In this document: positions 58,676-64,000 of the stretch, piece by piece
Numbering within the stretch: position 1 is the stretch's first letter
Layout of the letters: the number at the start of each line of letters is the position of its first letter
Assembly (NCBI GenBank): GCA_039589295.1
Contig: JBDHHR010000002.1
Span: forward strand, 18,442-82,441
DNA from: Gemmatimonadota bacterium
GTDB lineage: Bacteria; Gemmatimonadota; Gemmatimonadetes; Palauibacterales; Palauibacteraceae
DNA length: 64,000 nucleotides
Direction: 5' to 3'
The notes under the pieces: generated by a model
Told to the model about the DNA's origin: nothing
What the model saw: the letters and a program-made list of their open reading frames with translations, nothing else
Database searches by the model: none
Position numbers and translations under genes: made by a program

Positions 58676-59022
58676 TCGCTTGCTCCTAATCAAGTAGGCC
58701 GAAGTGATTGAGAGAGTTGGGAGACGACATATTGGGGCAAGAGGAGATGGTGCTCGCGGCGATTGAGCGAACGAGTTCTGATGGCATGACTGCACGTCCT
58801 GAGATGTGTGGAGCCTCGCTTGGAGAAAACGCCGCGTCGATGAACAAGTGTCCCCGTGCCAAGGCGACCACTGGGTGAGCAAGAATGGGTTGCCGATCAG
58901 GCTGTCTCACAATCCGCGTGAATATAGATGCTTACTCCTTCGTTGACTAGCCGGTATGCCGAGGATTTCAGGGCTGCTTCAACGGGCGGTTGAGGACCGG
59001 ACCGACGGGGGTGACATGGACC

Positions 59023-59057
59023 AAAAAAAAGGCCTCCGCCCGTGTGGGGGCGGAGGC
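59023..59057 (-). terminator. rho-independent terminator of the upstream TBDR gene
   Basis: An 11-bp stem (GGCCTCCGCCC gtgtg GGGCGGAGGCC). The A8 run on the plus strand 5' of the hairpin becomes a U8 tract 3' of it on the minus-strand RNA. Confidence 0.85.
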
Positions 59058-59099
59058 CGGCCGACCCGACGAGGTCGGAGGGTGGAACCGTCTGAGTGG

Positions 59100-62000
59100 T
59101 CAGAAAGTGTACCGGAGCCCCAACTGCACCTGGCGGTTGGATGCCGGGCTGAACGTTGTGAACGGATTCAGGTCGCCGTTCGCGTCCCGCGTCGGCCCTG
59201 TGTAGTCGAACTGAATCTCTCCGGCTGGGTCATCTCCCACCCTTCCACGCGCCCGAAGCACCTCGACGATCCGGTCGATGTTGCTCGTGCGCTGGAGTTC
59301 AGACTCGAAGAGGTTGATGAAGTCCGCGACGACCTGGAAGTTGCCCGGTCCGCCCGGGATGTCCACCGCGAGCCGCAAGTTGAACAGGTTTCTCCAGGGA
59401 TTGCGGCAGCCGCTTCTTTCCATGATCTGACCGCGCTGACTGCTCACGCATTCTTCGGCGTTGATCAGATCTTCGAACAACGCTGCATCGGCGGCATCCC
59501 GGAAGGTGATCTCGCTGACGTTGGTCGGCACGTACAGCAGGTCGTTGTCCCTGTTGATCCCCTGTCCGCGGTAGCCATCGCCGTTGATATCTGCCCGGAC
59601 GCCGTACGCGTACGGGTTCCCGGACTGACCGAAGTACTGGGGCGTGACCTCCAGGCCGAACCCGCTGCCTAACTCCCACCTTCCCGTGGCCGAGAACACG
59701 ATGCGATGCTGGCGCTCGAACGGAGACGTGACAAGGGGCGGATTGTTCGGATCGCCCGGAACAGGGGTGCGGCCGAAGTTGGACGTGGCCTGGCTCGAGA
59801 ACAGGCTCTGCAGGTCCTTTATGTCGGAGTACGTGTACGAGGTCCGGAGACGCAGCCAGTCGGCGAACTGCCGCTGCACCTCGAGCGTCAGAAGGAATGC
59901 CTCGTTGTCGCTCCTGTTGGACCCGCGGATCACTTGCTGGAAGCGGTCGTCCTTTCGCACCGGGTCGAACCCGCCATCGTCGTCCGACGGCGTTCCGAAG
60001 ACCGGCCGGCCTCCGATGGAGGCGTCGCCGGAGCCCTGCTGACCGACCAGGTTGAACTCCTCGAAGAAGAACTGCTCCACCGACTTCGTATACAGGCCTT
60101 CCACGGTGACCGTGAAGCCGTTCGGCAGCTCGTGGTCGACCGCCAGGTTGGCCTTGAAGTCCAGTGGGAACCGGAAATCGTCGGCGAAGAAGTCGACCCG
60201 CTGCGTGCCTCCCGCCGTCGCCGTCGTGCCGTCCGTGCACGACGTTGGATGGGCATCGGCACTGAAGCCCGGGACGTTGTCGTCGTCACACGTGAGACGG
60301 ATCAGCGAGCGTCCCGTGTTTGTGTACGCGTTGGACATCCACACGAACGGGGGACGTCCGGCGAACAGTCCCGCCCCGCCGCGCACCTGCGTCTGACGCT
60401 CTGCGTTCGAGGCCCAGTTGAACCCGAAGCGCGGCTGCCACAGGGGGTTCCCGGAGGGAATGTCCGACGTGCTGAGGCCGAATGCATCCTGGAAGTCCGG
60501 GTTCGCGAGCGGATCGTCCAGCATCAGCGGAACGTCTACGCGAAGGCCGAAGGTGAGGTTGAGGTGGTCATTCACCGTCCACTCGTCCTGCGCGTAGAAG
60601 CCGAGGGAGAGGGCGGTGAACTTCGCCGCCGGATCGTCGACGCCTGGGAACGGCACGTTGATGAAGTACTCGGCAGGGGTGTTCGCTGCGAGATCGTCCA
60701 GGTCGTCGAACTCGTATACGCCGAGCGAGCCCTCAGCGAACAGGTTGTTGAATTTGAACAGCTCGTTGTGCGTGCCGATTGTGACCAGGTGGTTCCCGAA
60801 CGAGCCCGTGAGGTTGTCGGTGAACTGAATGATGTCCTGATCCAGAGAGTTCGCATGCGAGAAGCGCTCGGCACCGGCAACCAGCGTGCTCGATCCGAGA
60901 GCGCTGTCGACGTCGACCTCGACCTGCGCGAACGTGACGAGAGGATCTCGCTCGTCGCGGATGAACTCCACGTTGAGCAGGGCCTCGTTGTTCCACCGGT
61001 CCCCCAACCGCGAGAACAGCTGCACCACCGAGGAGTTGGTGATGCTGGTGAACGGGGCGAGGTTCGATGTCATTGCGAAGGTAAAGCTCGTCCGGAACGC
61101 AGAAAGGTCGCGGCGCGCGCGCGAGTAGTTGTGGCGCAGGACTAGCCTATGCCTGTCGTTGATCCGCCAATCGAGGCGGCCGAAGAGGTTCGTGCGCGGG
61201 TTGTCGTTGGAAATGGCCGCCGACGTGCCGGCGTCCAAGCTGTAGGTGCTCTGCATGATGTCGATGAAGCGCTGCGCATCCGCCGGATCGATCCCCGCCT
61301 CGATGGCGCCCGCCTGACTGGCCGAGCCGCCCGGATCGAACCCGGGACCGGGATTGGGATCGTCGCGAATCTCGAACTCGCCGGCGGTGAAGAAGTGGAT
61401 CTTGTCACGCTGGATTGGGCCTCCCAGCGTCCAGCCGAACTGGGTGTCGTTGAACTCGCCCGTCTCCACGCCTTCCAACTCGCTCACGAAGCTGTCGTCG
61501 GTGCGGAAGCCGTACGCCGAGCCTTGCCACTCGTTGGTGCCGGATTTGGTGACCGCGTTGATGAGGCCCCCGGTGAAGCCGGCGTGCCGCACGTCGAAGG
61601 GCGCGGTCAGGACCTGGAACTCCTCAATCGCCTCCAGCGAGATCGCCTTTGCGTTCGCCTGCCCGCCCGGCAGGCCGCTGTCCGCCAGGCCGAAGACATC
61701 GTTGTTGGCCGCGCCGTCGATCTGGATGTTGTTGAAGCGGTTGTTCTGACCGCCGACCGAGGGCGCCCCCTCCGTGAGGCTCACCTGCGGGGAGAGTGAG
61801 GCGAAGTCGGTGAAGCTGCGGTTCAGGGTCGGGAAGTTCGCGATCTCCTCCGCGGAGATCGTGGTTGACGTACCCGTTCGCGATCGGTTCAGCACCGGAT
61901 TGACCTGCGCGACGACCTCGAGAGCCTCGAGCTCCACCGCCGTCTCCTGCATGGCGAAGTCCAGTAGCTCGGTCTGTCCCAGAGCGAGGCGGACTCCGGT

Positions 62001-62291
62001 ACGAGCCTCGGGCCTGTGGCCGATCAACTCAACCTCAACCGTGTAAGGTCCGCCCGGCTGAAGGTGAGGGACAACGTAGCGCCCGGCTTCATTCGAGACC
62101 CCGGAGGCCGTTCCCCCGGTGCGGGTGTCCGTGACTGTGACTTGGGCACCGGCCAGCGGCCTGGCCTCCTGGTCGGTAACCGAGCCACTGAGTCCAGCGG
62201 TCGTCACGCCCTGCGCTCCTGCCGATACCACGATCGCCAGCAGAGCAACCAGAGCCAGTGCCGTGCTCCTGGCTAACAGATGCGGTTTCAT
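59100..62291 (-). CDS. TonB-dependent outer-membrane receptor with an N-terminal carboxypeptidase-regulatory-like domain (SusC-like, paralog B)
   Basis: Signal peptide (MKPHLLARSTALALVALLAIVVSAGA), a CarbopepD_reg-like domain (NEAGRYVVPHLQPGGPY), a plug and barrel, ending in the C-terminal ...LGLRYTF. Confidence 0.9.
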   Translation of the reverse strand: MKPHLLARSTALALVALLAIVVSAGAQGVTTAGLSGSVTDQEARPLAGAQVTVTDTRTGGTASGVSNEAGRYVVPHLQPGGPYTVEVELIGHRPEARTGVRLALGQTELLDFAMQETAVELEALEVVAQVNPVLNRSRTGTSTTISAEEIANFPTLNRSFTDFASLSPQVSLTEGAPSVGGQNNRFNNIQIDGAANNDVFGLADSGLPGGQANAKAISLEAIEEFQVLTAPFDVRHAGFTGGLINAVTKSGTNEWQGSAYGFRTDDSFVSELEGVETGEFNDTQFGWTLGGPIQRDKIHFFTAGEFEIRDDPNPGPGFDPGGSASQAGAIEAGIDPADAQRFIDIMQSTYSLDAGTSAAISNDNPRTNLFGRLDWRINDRHRLVLRHNYSRARRDLSAFRTSFTFAMTSNLAPFTSITNSSVVQLFSRLGDRWNNEALLNVEFIRDERDPLVTFAQVEVDVDSALGSSTLVAGAERFSHANSLDQDIIQFTDNLTGSFGNHLVTIGTHNELFKFNNLFAEGSLGVYEFDDLDDLAANTPAEYFINVPFPGVDDPAAKFTALSLGFYAQDEWTVNDHLNLTFGLRVDVPLMLDDPLANPDFQDAFGLSTSDIPSGNPLWQPRFGFNWASNAERQTQVRGGAGLFAGRPPFVWMSNAYTNTGRSLIRLTCDDDNVPGFSADAHPTSCTDGTTATAGGTQRVDFFADDFRFPLDFKANLAVDHELPNGFTVTVEGLYTKSVEQFFFEEFNLVGQQGSGDASIGGRPVFGTPSDDDGGFDPVRKDDRFQQVIRGSNRSDNEAFLLTLEVQRQFADWLRLRTSYTYSDIKDLQSLFSSQATSNFGRTPVPGDPNNPPLVTSPFERQHRIVFSATGRWELGSGFGLEVTPQYFGQSGNPYAYGVRADINGDGYRGQGINRDNDLLYVPTNVSEITFRDAADAALFEDLINAEECVSSQRGQIMERSGCRNPWRNLFNLRLAVDIPGGPGNFQVVADFINLFESELQRTSNIDRIVEVLRARGRVGDDPAGEIQFDYTGPTRDANGDLNPFTTFSPASNRQVQLGLRYTF

Positions 62292-62518
62292 AAGCGACTC
62301 CGAATAAGGGATGAACGAAAGCGGTAGAAATGTCCCCTTGGACATATCTGCGGGCATGATGAAGGAAAGATGACCCTGTTGGCCATAAATTACAACGCCT
62401 TCCGCGATCCGGCAATGCGCAGACCAGACACATTCCGGCCCTGTTCGCGGCCGTCCGCGGGGTGCTCTGTCGGTACCAATCCACGGCACCGTGCCCCTAA
62501 TGTCACAGTCATACAACC

Positions 62519-63556
62519 TCAGGCCGCAAGGCCTCCCACTTCGAGCTCCACTTCCGCCAGCAACGCCTCCTTCTCCACATGGGGCAGGAAGGCGCTGCGG
62601 AAACCGTTGAGCACCAGATCTCCGATTTCCTCGAGGTCGAATCCCAGGTACCGGAACGCGCGAACGTACTCCTCGGTGACCGTGGTGCCGCTCATCAGCC
62701 GGTTGTCGGTGTTCAGGCTCACCACGAGTCCCTCATCGTAGTACCGGCGCAGCGGGTGTTCCTCGAAGGCCTCCACTGCGTGCGTCTGCACGTTGCTCGT
62801 CAGGCAGATCTCGAGGGGAATGCGGTGGTCGTTCACGTAGCCCTCGAGGTCCGGATCCTCGAATAACCGGGTACCGTGGCCTATGCGGTGCGCTCCGCAC
62901 CGGTGGATGGCCCGGTGGATCGACTCCGGCCCGTCGGCCTCTCCGGCATGCACAGTGACGTTCATGTTCGCGTCGCGGACGCGGCGGAAGGCCTCCCGAT
63001 GGCTGTCGGCCGGGTTGCCCGGCTCTCCGCCGGCCAGATCGAAGGCCACCACGCCGCGGTCCTTGTACGTGACGGCTAGGTCCGCCAACGCCACCGAGGT
63101 CTCCGGCGGCAGGTTGCGTATCCCGCAGATGATCAGACCCCCGTCGATGCCCAGATCCTCCCCGGCGCGGCGCATTCCCCTCAGGGGGGCCTCGACGGCC
63201 TCCGGGAGCTCCAGCCCCTCGCGCGTGTGCAGGATCGGCGAGTAGCGGATCTCGAGGTACCGGACGTTCTCCGCCGCCGCGTCCTCGCACAGCTCGTAGG
63301 TCACTCTCTCCATCGCCTCGGCGCGCTGCAGCACCGACAGAGTCAGGTCGAACCGCGTCAGATAGTCTGCTTGGTTCCGCGCGTCCTTTACGTGCAGGTA
63401 GTCGTAGAGGGACTCCGCATCCGAATACGGAAGCTCCACGCCTGCCTCGGCGGCCAGGTCGAGAATCGTCTGGGGCCTGAGGGAGCCGTCCAGATGTACA
63501 TGAAGCTCCGCCTTCGGCATGGCGAGAACTCGTTCCCGCGCCTCTTCTAGGTTCAT
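62519..63556 (-). CDS. add: adenosine deaminase
   Basis: ELHVHLDGS zinc-binding motif, and SLNTDN near the C-terminal end. TIM-barrel amidohydrolase. Confidence 0.9.
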   Translation of the reverse strand: MNLEEARERVLAMPKAELHVHLDGSLRPQTILDLAAEAGVELPYSDAESLYDYLHVKDARNQADYLTRFDLTLSVLQRAEAMERVTYELCEDAAAENVRYLEIRYSPILHTREGLELPEAVEAPLRGMRRAGEDLGIDGGLIICGIRNLPPETSVALADLAVTYKDRGVVAFDLAGGEPGNPADSHREAFRRVRDANMNVTVHAGEADGPESIHRAIHRCGAHRIGHGTRLFEDPDLEGYVNDHRIPLEICLTSNVQTHAVEAFEEHPLRRYYDEGLVVSLNTDNRLMSGTTVTEEYVRAFRYLGFDLEEIGDLVLNGFRSAFLPHVEKEALLAEVELEVGGLAA

Positions 63557-64000
63557 CGACCGTTCTCCTTCAGCGCCGCGTGGGCCGCCGCCAGCCGGGC
63601 CACCGGCACCCGGAAGGGCGAGCAGGACACGTACTCCATGCCGAGCGAATGACAGAACTCGACCGAATCGGGGTCCCCGCCATGCTCCCCGCAGATCCCG
63701 ATCTTGAGGTCCGGCCTCGCACCCCGGCCCTCCTCGACTGCCAGGCCCATCAGGCGTCCGACCCCGGCGGTGTCCAGCGACTGGAAGGGGTCGGTCCGGT
63801 ACACGCCCGCCTCCACGTAGGCGGGCAGGAAGTTCCCCGCATCGTCGCGCGATAGCCCGAGGGTCGTCTGGGTCAGATCGTTGGTGCCGAAGGAGAAGAA
63901 GTCGGCGGCCCCGGCGATCTCTCCGGCCGTCAGGCAGGCGCGCGGAAGCTCGATCATCGTGCCCACCAGGTACTCCACCGAGTCGTCCTGCTCCGCGAAG
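63553..64000 (-). CDS. ppdK: pyruvate, phosphate dikinase, C-terminal PEP-utilising TIM-barrel portion (the gene continues beyond the window end)
   Basis: GTNDLTQ and ...IGICGE... motifs of the PEP-utilising enzyme C-terminal domain. 4-nt overlap with the add start. Confidence 0.85.
   Translation of the reverse strand, partial: FAEQDDSVEYLVGTMIELPRACLTAGEIAGAADFFSFGTNDLTQTTLGLSRDDAGNFLPAYVEAGVYRTDPFQSLDTAGVGRLMGLAVEEGRGARPDLKIGICGEHGGDPDSVEFCHSLGMEYVSCSPFRVPVARLAAAHAALKENGR

Noticed and set aside
58860-58900. A B12-box-like GACCACTGGG in the TBDR intergenic region
   Set aside because: It is only a partial match, and it is on the + strand. The downstream TBDR is transcribed from the - strand, so a riboswitch would have to be on the other strand. 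No other cobalamin-riboswitch core elements were recognisable.
58956-59672. 238-aa + strand ORF spanning the TBDR intergenic region and terminator
   Set aside because: It runs antisense into the 3' end of TBDR paralog B and crosses a clear terminator hairpin. There is no RBS and no domain signature.
1-64000. CRISPR arrays, IS elements, toxin-antitoxin pairs or restriction-modification / defence islands
   Set aside because: There are no tandem 25-40-nt repeats with spacers and no transposase or integrase-like ORFs. No small paired ORFs with TA signatures were seen. Every large ORF has a housekeeping assignment.

Overview
This 64-kb window is a high-GC (roughly 65-70% by eye) core chromosomal segment from a diderm bacterium. 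It is almost entirely coding and almost all on the + strand. There are no integrases, transposases, CRISPR arrays or obvious toxin-antitoxin or defence modules.

Gene order, start to end:
- tilS (5'-truncated) - hpt - ftsH - folP - cdaA (diadenylate cyclase)
- exbB - exbD - exbD - tonB operon with its own sigma70-like promoter
- yggS - divIVA - punA - ileS - ylyA-like DksA/TraR zinc-finger - lspA - rluD
- a signal-peptide HExxH metallopeptidase-like protein with a C-terminal TM anchor, a small membrane ORF, tRNA-Val(UAC), and a secreted TPR protein
- a complete division/cell-wall (dcw) cluster, mraZ - rsmH - ftsL - ftsI(PASTA) - murE - murF - mraY - murD - ftsW - murG - murC - murB - ftsQ - ftsA - ftsZ, preceded by a textbook MraZ operator of five phased TGGG repeats overlapping the promoter
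- an M23 peptidase - a VWA/BatA-like membrane protein - ftsY - recG - asnS - a small membrane ORF
- mazG (- strand) - alr - cdd
- a translationally coupled lipoprotein + candidate outer-membrane protein pair
- an alpha/beta hydrolase (- strand) - miaB - a LapA-like small membrane protein - comEC - fbp
- two tandem paralogous ~1060-aa TonB-dependent receptors with N-terminal carboxypeptidase-regulatory-like domains, on the - strand, in a somewhat lower-GC stretch with long 5' leaders
- add (adenosine deaminase, - strand) - ppdK (3' portion, - strand)

Several rho-independent terminators and sigma70-like promoters are visible. One promoter, upstream of yggS, abuts the start codon and would give a leaderless transcript.

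The synteny blocks look Firmicutes-like (tilS-hpt-ftsH; yggS/ylmE-divIVA ... ileS-ylyA-lspA-rluD), yet the window also carries outer-membrane hallmarks (ExbBD-TonB, SusC-like TBDRs). The taxon is therefore ambiguous; the Bacteroidota/Gemmatimonadota/Rhodothermota group or a similar high-GC diderm lineage is plausible.

I see no clear novel defence or mobile system. The most interesting unexplained items are:
- the lipoprotein/OM-protein pair at 46.5-49.0 kb
- the metallopeptidase-like and VWA membrane proteins
- the TBDR pair with long leaders
- the stand-alone cdaA next to the Ton operon
- a recurring GTAGCNTTGACSGCC motif

Small-motif coordinates may be off by 1-2 nt. Many long antisense ORFs in the track are high-GC artefacts.
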